From Albugo candida (lineage: Eukaryota), in the NCBI GenBank assembly GCA_040437565.1, contig JBDOQK010000063.1, forward strand, positions 174,861 to 194,860: a stretch of DNA of 20,000 nucleotides, in the 5' to 3' direction. The notes under the pieces are model-generated. The model did no database searches and was not told the origin of the DNA. It worked only from the letters and a program-made list of their open reading frames with translations. A program made the position numbers and the translations under genes. This document shows, piece by piece, positions 1 to 8,922 of this stretch (position 1 is the first letter of the stretch; each line of letters opens with the position of its first letter).

Positions 1-1790
1 ATAGAATGTACACCAAACCTCCAACCTTTTCCTTCTCCACAAAACTGTGCAGCACGGGGCCAAAACTTTCGCATTCTTCGACAACGTCCTCCTGAATTTC
101 TAAATGCCAATCAGGATTCCCACTTCTCTTCTCTGCTTGCGCGTCAAACATATTTTTCACCACAAAACAGAATGAGGGAACTCCTTCAATCTTTTCAGAA
201 GCCAATGCGGCAGCTCGTTCCGTTTGCGATGTCTCTGGTTTCCCATAAGCATTGGATCCTACATTTGCGTACATAGTTGACCCTAAAGCAGGATTCGGAA
301 AGATATCTTTTCCACCGGCGAGTTTCGCCATCAAAGCGGTTCGAGATTGTGAATTGAGAGCCATTCCAGCGCCTTCATCATCGTCCAACTTCCACGTATG
401 CGACCCGTCCATACAACTAAAGCTTCCCATTCCCATTCCACCCAACCCCGCATTCTCATTAACCGGTCCGAGCCGTAGAAAATTTCCGTGTAGTTCTAAA
501 CCGTTTCCTTTCGATAACGACAAATTCGCTTCCTGTGGAGTGCCAAACTGTATAAATCCATACCCTTTCGAACGGCCCATTTCGTCACGATTTATATTAA
601 CGGAAACGACTTCGCCAAATGAGCTAAAGACCACACGCAAATGATCTTCCGTGACATTTGTATGCAAATTACCACAATAGATACGACTTGCGGCGGATAA
701 CGAGCCACCCGAAGCCATAGAGCTCGCAATTGCTGCAGCCAAAGCAGAATTGGAACCATTCGACTCACTCGTTCCAAGCCAATCGGAATTACGCAGAGTG
801 TTTGTCATGACGGTATCTTTCTTTGCAGCAAAGTTCTTTTCCGCTTCAGAAGCTTTGATCATGACAGGGAAGATCTGAAACTCTGGTATTTGGCCATTTA
901 ACAGTAAGACTTTGGGCACATCTTCCAAATTTGACATTTCGACGTATGCGAATCCTTTGGAGCGATTTGTAAATTTGTCGCGAATCAGTAACACGTGTTC
1001 CGTTTTGCCGACTTTGTTAAAATATTTTTCAAGATCTCGTTCGCGCACTTTTTGTGTCAATTGTCCGATGAAAACAGTTCGATGATCGCGCGTTAATTCC
1101 ATCAGCTCTTTCTGTTTGGCTTTTTCGGCTCGTTCAGCTGACGTACTCCGCCTTATGACTTCTGTTACCTGGGCTGCTGATTTCGATCGACTTGGTTTCT
1201 TTCGACTTGAACTTTTGCTTCGACTACGGCTGGGCGTTCCATTCGAATGATCGCGGCGTTTTCTACGACGTCGACTTGATCGATGACGATCTTTGGAATC
1301 GGATCTTTGACGCCCAGAGCGAGAGCGAGAGCGCGATCGAGAACGTGAATGCGATCGATATCGATGCCGTGGCCTACGAGATCGACGGTCACGGTCACGG
1401 TCACGGGTACCGCGAGACCGTGACTTCATACGGCGCTCTGTTCGATTGTGTGGATCCTTCTAAAATGTATACAAAACGATAAAAAGATAGAGTTAGCGAT
1501 GGTCAGAACAGCAACCACACAATATGCAGTGGATAGTGTGCAACACACAAACTCGACATCCACTCCAAGATGGGATCACTGGCAAAAAGCAATGTCAGAG
1601 CTTTGCGTTGCATAGATAGTGATATACACACATGAACGCATGTAAGTGTACATTACGAATCGCTTTGTACCTCTATGTTTTTGTCATGTGAATGACGATT
1701 TGGTTGCTTTTTTGCATGCGACGAAGGAATTGAAGAGTTTCGAATTCCTTCTTCCAAAAGTGAGTCAATTTCATCTTCAGCAGCGCCCAT
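1..1790 (-). CDS. RBM39: RBM39/CAPER (CC1-like) splicing factor, 3'-partial; exons 1790-1671 and 1459-<1
   Basis: ATG at 1790 (MGAAEDEIDSLLEEG...KNIE), then a phase-0 GT..AG intron at 1670-1460. Exon 2 encodes an RS/RD-rich domain, RRM1 (TVFIGQL...RSKGFAYVEM), RRM2 (RIYCGNL...RSKGYGFIQF), an RBM39-type linker (LDDDEGAGMALNSQSRTALMAKLA) and the start of a UHM/RRM3 (CFVVKNMFD...EIQEDVVEECESFGPVLH). The frame is open to the window edge. Confidence 0.93.
1310..1410 (-). repeat. Hexamer coding repeats in the RS/RD domain
   Basis: Plus-strand (gagagc)n near 1315-1332 and (acggtc)n near 1385-1406 encode RSRSRS and RDRDRD on the minus strand. Confidence 0.8.
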
Positions 1791-1861
1791 CGTCCTTAAA
1801 TGTGTAAGGAACAGGCGATTCTCGTTACTAACTTTTTTCTTTTTTCTTTAATCAAAAGCAC

Positions 1862-1947
1862 CCAATCGGAAGGACTCTTTGATTGGATATTAACATTCTG
1901 ATTGGTCATGGATATTTTTTAATATACACCAATCGTCTCCCGAGACG
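1862..1947. promoter_or_regulatory. CCAAT-box cluster upstream of RBM39
   Basis: CCAAT at 1862 and 1929 and ATTGG at 1882 and 1901, all in a CCAATC/GATTGG context, plus the palindrome CGTCTC-cc-GAGACG at 1934-1947. Confidence 0.5.
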
Positions 1948-2036
1948 GTATGCGCCGCTTTCCTTTGTTATTTACTATTTTTTATAAAAACATGCAGATT
2001 ATAAAAAGTCTAGGCATATCGCTGTGCATAAAGCAG

Positions 2037-3314
2037 CTACTGGCGCTTGTGCTTTGAGTACATTTGAAATCTATCCTGCTCATTGCATTTTATAGCAAGA
2101 CGTGCCAAATCGGGACGATGTTGTTGTAGTTTCTGAAGCCATTTCACTGCCATTCGTTTTCTTCCGGATCGTGTCTTGCGCCATACACGTTCGAAATTCT
2201 GCGAACTGCAGTAGTTCTGAGTGACTGCAACAGTGTCTTCCACATTAAGTACGGCATGCCACCATCCTCCAGGTACAAAAACAGTTTGACCAGGATATTG
2301 CATGAATTCAATACATTGTAACACATCAAAACCATACGCCTTTTTGATTCGTGGTAAAATAGTTGAAAAGTAATTGATAGCTTCATCATCCTCTCCAGAA
2401 CGAATAAATTCTTTTCCTTGAACGATCTTCTTGCCAACTTGATATGGGAATAGAATCCATCGCTTTCGCCCGCTGATGAGTGTATTCCAAGCACTTGTCC
2501 CAAGAGGATCCACGTGCACGCACGTTCCGGAACGTTTTGGACCAATAAGAAACCAACGATACGGCGGTCGTCGTCGTTCTCCCACAAACACAAATAAATC
2601 CTCTGGAAAGTATTTTGGTACAGAATACTCGTCTAAGAGAGGTTTGGTATCGCTTCGTTCATCAAAGCTACTATCGAAAATGTATAAAGGGCTGTCATCG
2701 GTTTGAATCTGGACCACAAGTAAGCAATACGATCCTAGTTTAATGTGGGCGCATACCTTCAGATACCTTAGAAAGTATTTTAGTTTCATGCGAATAGTTC
2801 TTCCTTCATCGTCTTCACCGCATTTGAGCATTGCCGATTTGTACTTTCTTCTGAGATGCTTGAGCGACCACTCTGTCACCGCTTTCCACCGTTGTTCTTC
2901 TGGCACACCATCGATCACTACCGGTATATACCGTTTCTCATACTCGGTGATGAAGCGACTGACGCTTAGATCACGACAATGCTCCCGCTGTATCGCGTTT
3001 GCTGATTCATCCACAGTGTGGTCACATACATCTTTTTCAGCAAATCCTTCCCGATCCCACGCATCGAAGGAAATATCTAAAGCGAGTTTTCATCTCAATA
3101 TCAACATAACGTGCACCACATTAATTCATTGTTGACCTGTTCGATGTCGGCGTTTCGCGTCATTCACTAAAGTCGTCAGCTTTGACGAGACCTTGTGAGG
3201 CTGCACTACCTGTGAAGGAAACGCAGACTTGTATGAAGCACGTTTGTGATCATCTTTTCTTGAGTGAGGTGATAAACTAATTGAGGATAGAGCTTTTCTT
3301 TTTCGACTCATCAT
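2037..3314 (-). CDS. JMJD6: JmjC 2OG/Fe(II) oxygenase JMJD6 (PSR); exons 3314-3137, 3076-2757, 2708-2037; about 389 aa
   Basis: JMJD6 signatures KCGEDDEG, DDSPLYIFDSSF, RRPPYRWFLIGPKRSGT, the HxD motif in CVHVDPLGTSAWN, and PGGWWHAVLN...VAVTQN. GT..AG introns at 3136-3077 (60 nt) and 2756-2709 (48 nt) give a 1170-nt in-frame CDS. Confidence 0.95.
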
Positions 3315-3401
3315 GAATGATAAAATGCAGATGAATGCACCAATTATACAATATCATGAATGTATAGTATACATAAGTGGAGTGGACACACCAAGGAAGC
3401 A

Positions 3402-3773
3402 ATGGTGCCGTCTATCTTTTATCTTCTTTCTGTCAAGTATCTGATCTGACTATAATGACGATGTAGGGCGCTTCGGATCGAACTGCAGGTATGCTTGTGC
3501 TTTCCATTACTTCCTTTTTGTACTCTTATTACACAATATGGGTGATTCTGACGGTACGCGTTCATTCTGGTCACTTTTGTAAACGAATTTATAATTACAA
3601 TGTAGCCATTTATCGACTCGGATCATCCGGTACAGCGTTTATTTGCTCCCTATCACTTTGCACTCGTGCTACCGGCAATACTATTAGTTCTCCTATTCAC
3701 GATTGCGGTCACTTACATCGGAACCGTCATGATTCAATCCAAACCACACCATTTAAGTACGAATCGATCCTAA
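3402..3773 (+). CDS. DPM2: Dolichol-phosphate mannose synthase regulatory subunit DPM2; exons 3402-3404, 3467-3553, 3606-3773; 85 aa
   Basis: Spliced product MGASDRTAGMLVLSITSFLYSYYTIWVILTPFIDSDHPVQRLFAPYHFALVLPAILLVLLFTIAVTYIGTVMIQSK... has two TM helices and the DPM2-type YYT.W...PF.D..HP motif. Introns 3405-3466 and 3554-3605 are GT..AG, both phase 0. Confidence 0.9.
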
Positions 3774-3820
3774 GTGCTGGAGTAGAGGTTATCCGAATGT
3801 AGCTATTTTTACATTGCGAC

Positions 3821-5545
3821 ATGACACAGACGGTTCGGAATGAACCAATCAAAGTACCCTCTTTACATACCTTTACCATACCGGTTCTAGACGGTACGAC
3901 GTCGGTCGTTGTTGCAAGCGCCGCTACATCGTAGGAACCCTTCCATCCGACCGAAATACGTGCCTCCGTCAGCTTCTAAAGCATCCTTGCAACAAAAGGT
4001 ATCCGCAGTAACCAACTTCTCATTTTGTACCAGTTGGGTTACAATTACGCCTCAAATATGCTCACTTCACTCGTTTTCGAACCCGAAAGTGTAACCCATT
4101 CGACACTCATGCAAAAAAATGATACCCTTCAGAGTGTAACCCCACTCCAATCAGCTCCCAAATCTCCAAGGAATCCACATTCGAAGGATTTGAATCAAAA
4201 AAGTCGTTTACAAAGTGCGCAACAAGCGATACAAACCGATAGCTACTTCCATGAGTTTGAGAAAAGCAAACTGTTGCATGCACTTTCACATTGTAACCCC
4301 ATCGTAACTCAATTTAACCAAAATCAATACAATTCCCTCAATCAAGCAGAAGAGCGTTTGCTTATACAAATCAAGTACATTGAGAACGCAAAGAAGCAAA
4401 TTCATGCCAACACACATCCCGATGTACTTGGTCGCTTTACAGCAATGCAAGAGCAAGAGCAAAAAATGAATTTTCAAGCCAAATGTAAACAGCAGTATCT
4501 CCAGCATTGTGCGACACTTCTTTTCATGTACGAATGCGAACAAGCGAATGAGGAATTTGAGTCTAGATGTGAGAATTTGAGGCAAAGTATGTTAAATGAA
4601 ATCGAAAACGAAATGGAGTTTTTAACTGCTCAGCGAAAAGGAACGCGCGATTTCTGTCGAAGTTTACGGAAAGTGAATGCTCGCAAAACAAGAAGTTCCC
4701 GATCGAAAAAAGAAGACGGAAGTTCTGTCTGTGGTACAGCAACAAACATATTTTCCAACACGAGCTCCACGACATCAAATGGGAATTTAGAAAAAGCGGG
4801 TAAGAATTGTCCCGGGAAGAAATCGAATGGGAATCAAACAATTTTGGAGAAAACATTGAGCTCTTCCGAAGTGAATCACGATTTACAAGAGTTGTATTCC
4901 AGTTTGAACGCCATTGAATCGAAGTCGAGTGGTGACGGTACGATACATCACGTGATCATTCTACTTTTAATCGAATTCAATGGATTGTATGTGTTGCAGA
5001 TGGACAAGAACAGGATNNNNNNNNNNNNNNNNNNNNNNNNNNNNNNNNNNNNNNNNNNNNNNNNNNNNNNNNNNNNNNNNNNNNNNNNNNNNNNNNNNNN
5101 NNNNNNNNNNNNNNNNCGTGATCATTCTACTTTTAATCGAATTCAATGGATTGTATGTGTTGCAGATGGACAAGAACAGGATTTGATCCTAGCAAAGTAT
5201 CATCGCGGGAAGCTTTTGTATCACGAAGTGATTTTGGATGAAAATGATGAGATTGTCGTGTGGGATACGCTGAGACCAAGTGCGCATTTTGGGATCGTGC
5301 AGAGCATCACAGCGAGTGAGATTTCTGTTCTGAGTGAGCGAGGCGGTATTCAATTTATATCGTTAAGCGATTTACGAACAGCAGCTTTTCGCCTTGAGAT
5401 TGTTACAAATGCGAATCGGAATCAGCTGATGGCGCAAGTATCAGGTTTTCATGCTAGTAGAGGAAAGAGTTCATTTCGTTCTGATCCGTCGTATGCGCAT
5501 TCCTGGCAAGACTCCAGGCGAAGAGAGCATATGGTTGCAACTTGA
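3821..5545 (+). CDS. Sds3/BRMS1-like coiled-coil protein (putative Sin3-HDAC subunit); start uncertain (3821 if two mini-introns are spliced, otherwise 4058)
   Basis: Coiled-coil segment HPDVLGRF...YECEQANEEFESRCENLRQSMLNEIENE resembles the Sds3 family. Intron 4938-4999 plus collapsing the gap overlap joins ...SSGD to DGQEQDLILAKYHRGKLLY in frame. Candidate 5' exons are 3821-3853 and 3891-3998. Confidence 0.65.
5017..5116. other. 100-N scaffold gap with overlapping flanks
   Basis: 4951-5016 is identical to 5117-5182 (66 nt). Confidence 0.95.
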
Positions 5546-5606
5546 GTGCGGTGAATTGGATACCTTTATAATCGCATAAACTCTTTAATGAAAATAAACG
5601 TGCTGG

Positions 5607-6148
5607 CTAATGGTTACTCGTCTGATTCTTCTTAGAAGCGTAAATGCGCGCCTTCTCTTTAGCCTCCGAAATAGATTCATGGTCCGTATTGTTGAGTGCG
5701 TCAGGAACGATAAGACCTACACGATGGGCAGAGCGATTGACAATTTCTTGTGAAGTTAATTGATTCTCTGCTCCAGTGTCCAAAAACCATAAATGCTTAT
5801 AGAATCAGAGTCAGAGTCAGAATCAGATATAAGTGTATGTGTTGATACCTTTTGTTCTTCAATGCCATTTAACATCGTCAATAGATCAAATGCTTGTTGA
5901 CGATACGCATTTACTTTCTGTGAGTCGGCTTCCTCTTGACTTCCTCGATACTGCTCATTAGAGACAAGAAGAGCTTAATTTGTGCTTAATAGTGTGGATA
6001 CAGTAGAGATCACCTGAGAGAGGATGTATTGAGACCACTGACACGTCTTTAAACTTTTATGAGAGCTTCGCTTTCGTGTAACGCGAAGTAAATTCCGCAA
6101 ATCTTTGAGCACTTGAGCCTTTGATCCAAATTGCGCTGCTGGCACCAT
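5607..6148 (-). CDS. FMC1-like mitochondrial LYR-family protein (putative ATP synthase assembly factor); exons 6148-6014, 5950-5849, 5795-5607; 141 aa
   Basis: Spliced product MVPAAQFGSKAQVLKDLRNLLRVTRK...QYILSQ|YRGSQ...AFDLLTMLNGIEEQK|HLWFLDTG...IVNRSAHRVGLIVP. It has an LYR-like N-terminus and an FMC1-like SA..VGL..P C-terminal motif. Two phase-0 GT..AG introns at 6013-5951 and 5848-5796. Confidence 0.7.
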
Positions 6149-6182
6149 TATGTAGTCTACGGTACTCGAGAAAGGTTTATTA

Positions 6183-6282
6183 NNNNNNNNNNNNNNNNNN
6201 NNNNNNNNNNNNNNNNNNNNNNNNNNNNNNNNNNNNNNNNNNNNNNNNNNNNNNNNNNNNNNNNNNNNNNNNNNNNNNNNNN
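6183..6282. other. 100-N scaffold gap in the divergent intergenic region
   Basis: Run of N; no overlap between the flanks was seen. Confidence 0.95.
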
Positions 6283-6385
6283 GCTTATCAAATGAGAAGG
6301 GTTTGAGCATGCTCGACTCTACCATAATACAGCTTTCCTATTCATAGACATATTTCAACCCGAAAAGAAAAGAAAAGAAGTCCGA

Positions 6386-8123
6386 ATGTCACGTGTAGGA
6401 ACGTTAGTATGCATAGCGTTATGCGCACTCCAATGCGTTGTGTGGAACGCAAACAGCTCAGCGGATCCAAACGGAACACCCGATCCGCTCTACTCTTCCA
6501 GTCATGCCAATATAACTTACCTCACCGATACGAACTGGAACAGCACTATCGGTCGCAATCAGAAGCCGTGGCTTATCGAATTCTATCATCCATTGTACGT
6601 GTTTTCTTCTTGCGATTAGCTCTCGTTCTCACCTGTATCTTTTTATATTAAATTCCGATTGCAACTATATCTGCAATTGCCAATTTATCCAATACTAAAT
6701 CCGTAATAACATCAGCTGTCCGCATTGCCGCCATTTTGTGAAAACTTTTGAGCGCGTTGCAGCGTATTATGCAAACATTCAAACGATCAATATTGGTGCA
6801 ATCAGTTGCATGGATCACGTGAAATGCCGTCGCATGAAAATTACCGGTTTTCCGACCCTTATGGCTTATAACTTCAATCCGAAGAAATTGGGAGAAAACG
6901 AACGCGTTATTGGAACACATACGCTTGTAGAAGTGATCAAATATGTCGATAAACAGTATCCTAATTACACAGATCCGAAAGTGCCCACATTGAGCACAAA
7001 TGTGACCACAGAGCCCGTGCAGAAGAAGGAACCTGAAGAGAAGAAACCGGTGGTAATATGGGAAGAATCTAAAAAGCCGATGAACCAAACAACTCGACTG
7101 CAAGATGCTGCATCAGCTTTCATTTTTGGATTGAAACAGGGAGTTTTCATGGGGCGAGAAGTTTTGGAAGATATGGAACTAGACGCACTTAAGGAATGGC
7201 TTCGTGTTGTCGCCAAACGATTTCCTGGATCTGCGAATCGAGAAATCATACAAAATCTGTATACAACGATATCCGATACTGCTATTCTCGACTTTGATTC
7301 GTGGGATAAGATACTTAGTGCATGGCAAGTCAATTCCACTGCAATGTTCCATTCAAAAATCAATGTATCCGACGCACGACTTCCAGAATGGCAACGTATT
7401 GATAATCTCTTCATAGGCGCAGGTGTCACATATCGAGCGTGTGCTTTGTACACTTGTGGGCAGTGGAATATGTTTCATATGATGACGATGAATCAGTACG
7501 AACAACACGATGACACACTTTTAATCGGTGTGATTGCCACAATTCGTCGTTTTATGAAGCATTTCTTTGGCTGCGTGCAATGTCGCGATCACTTTCTCGA
7601 ATACAACACACTCGAGCGAGTCGTTGAGATCTCAAAAGCTTCCGATAAAGCACTCGCATTAAAGCGTTGGCTTTGGACAATGCACAATTCCGTCAATCGA
7701 CGTGTCAGACACCCCATTTGGCCTAAAGAGAGTGATTGTCCGACTTGTGGTACTGATGGAAAATGGGTACAAGTGCAAGTCGACAAATGGCTCGAAGATA
7801 CGTACGTGTTTAAAGAACCGGTTTTACCGCAGTTGTCAACGGCTACCGGTCCGATATTGTGGAAGCCTAAAGACGCTGAGATGCAAATCAGAAATCCGGC
7901 AAATACGTATACGGATAAAGAAGGCGATGTGAACGTTCGAGTTGCGAGTACAATTAAAGTTCCTGTGATGACACATTCGACTCAATCGAAAATGTCGGCT
8001 TCGGCAGGGCTTCCGTCATTGGATATATTTCTGTGGTATTTACTTCCGATTGTTGCACTTGGATTTTATGTGGTACACGCGCGTGTACGAAAGAACCGGT
8101 ATCAGTTATTGAGACCAAGGTAG
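6386..8123 (+). CDS. QSOX: Quiescin sulfhydryl oxidase (thioredoxin + Erv/ALR domains); exons 6386-6594 and 6716-8123; about 538 aa
   Basis: Signal peptide MSRVGTLVCIALCALQCVVWNA. Removing intron 6595-6715 creates the Trx motif WLIEFYHPFCPHC. The Erv domain shows YTCGQWNMFH, FFGCVQCRDHF, WLWTMHNSVN and WP...CPTC. A C-terminal TM helix reads IFLWYLLPIVALGFYVV. Confidence 0.93.
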
Positions 8124-8922
8124 ATCGAGGTTTCTTGAATGTGGATTGGAGGTACTGAAAATGTTGAGGTCGCGTGTAGGTACGCAATCGGAAAGAATGA
8201 TAGCGTTTAGTGTAAACTTTATTGCATAATGTATTCATTTTCTTGACGCATCGCGCAGTTTCTATTCGATCCAACGAAATGCATACATTGCGAGTTATAC
8301 GGAAGCGATTGTATGTAAGTAGTAAAAGTGCAATGGAAGACGACTCATATTCCTTTTCAAAATGCACACCTGCCGGATTATCGATTCATCTGTCTATTTG
8401 AGCTATTTCATGAAACATAAGCACACGCAAATGAGCATATATATAGACATACGAGCCACAAAGTCCATAAAGCGGATGAAGATTCTAGAAGTATACATAG
8501 CTGCTGCAGTGTATATCAATCAAGGTATAGAGAACGCAACTTTAAAAAAGCGTTGCCTTAGAATCGATTCTTCTAGACTAATGTATACCTCGTCTGAGCC
8601 AATGATCGGGCTGATAGAATTTACAATAGCAGTTGAAATGAATGAATCAGCTGTAGCCAACCTTATCCGAAACGGATCAGACGCTTTTCGAACACAAAAG
8701 TTACACCTCTTTGTAGATTTTGAGGATGGACAGAATTCCAAATATCTTCCTGCAAAGTGATTGATTGGTCAATATACAACAAATCCCACATTCTTGGAAT
8801 TTCTTCGCTGCTATGACCCAACGAAGTGGGATTCCTCTTATTTGATTTTATGTTCACGTAATGATTGGATGATGCAATTTGAGAATCTCAGCATGAACTC
8901 TCTCATTATTGACTATGATTCA

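Noticed and set aside
1192-1482. Asp-rich plus-strand ORF (96 aa) and other antisense ORFs such as 252-644, 6965-7453 and 17712-18206
   Set aside because: They are antisense shadows of real coding sequence, including the RS/RD repeats.
1500-1580. Possible intronic C/D snoRNA in RBM39 intron 1
   Set aside because: CTGA is present, but there is no proper RTGATGA C box or terminal stem; it is better explained as branch-point and acceptor signals.
4951-5182. 66-nt direct repeat in the Sds3-like gene
   Set aside because: It exactly flanks a 100-N gap, and collapsing it gives a clean intron and frame, so it is an unmerged contig overlap.
5975-6325. 116-aa ORF spanning the gap
   Set aside because: It reads through Ns and into an intron; the real start is probably ATG 6148.
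8362-8760. 132-aa plus-strand ORF, and a minus-strand CNFC-containing ORF at 8520-8741
   Set aside because: There is no recognisable domain or convincing signal peptide, so it cannot be supported as a gene.
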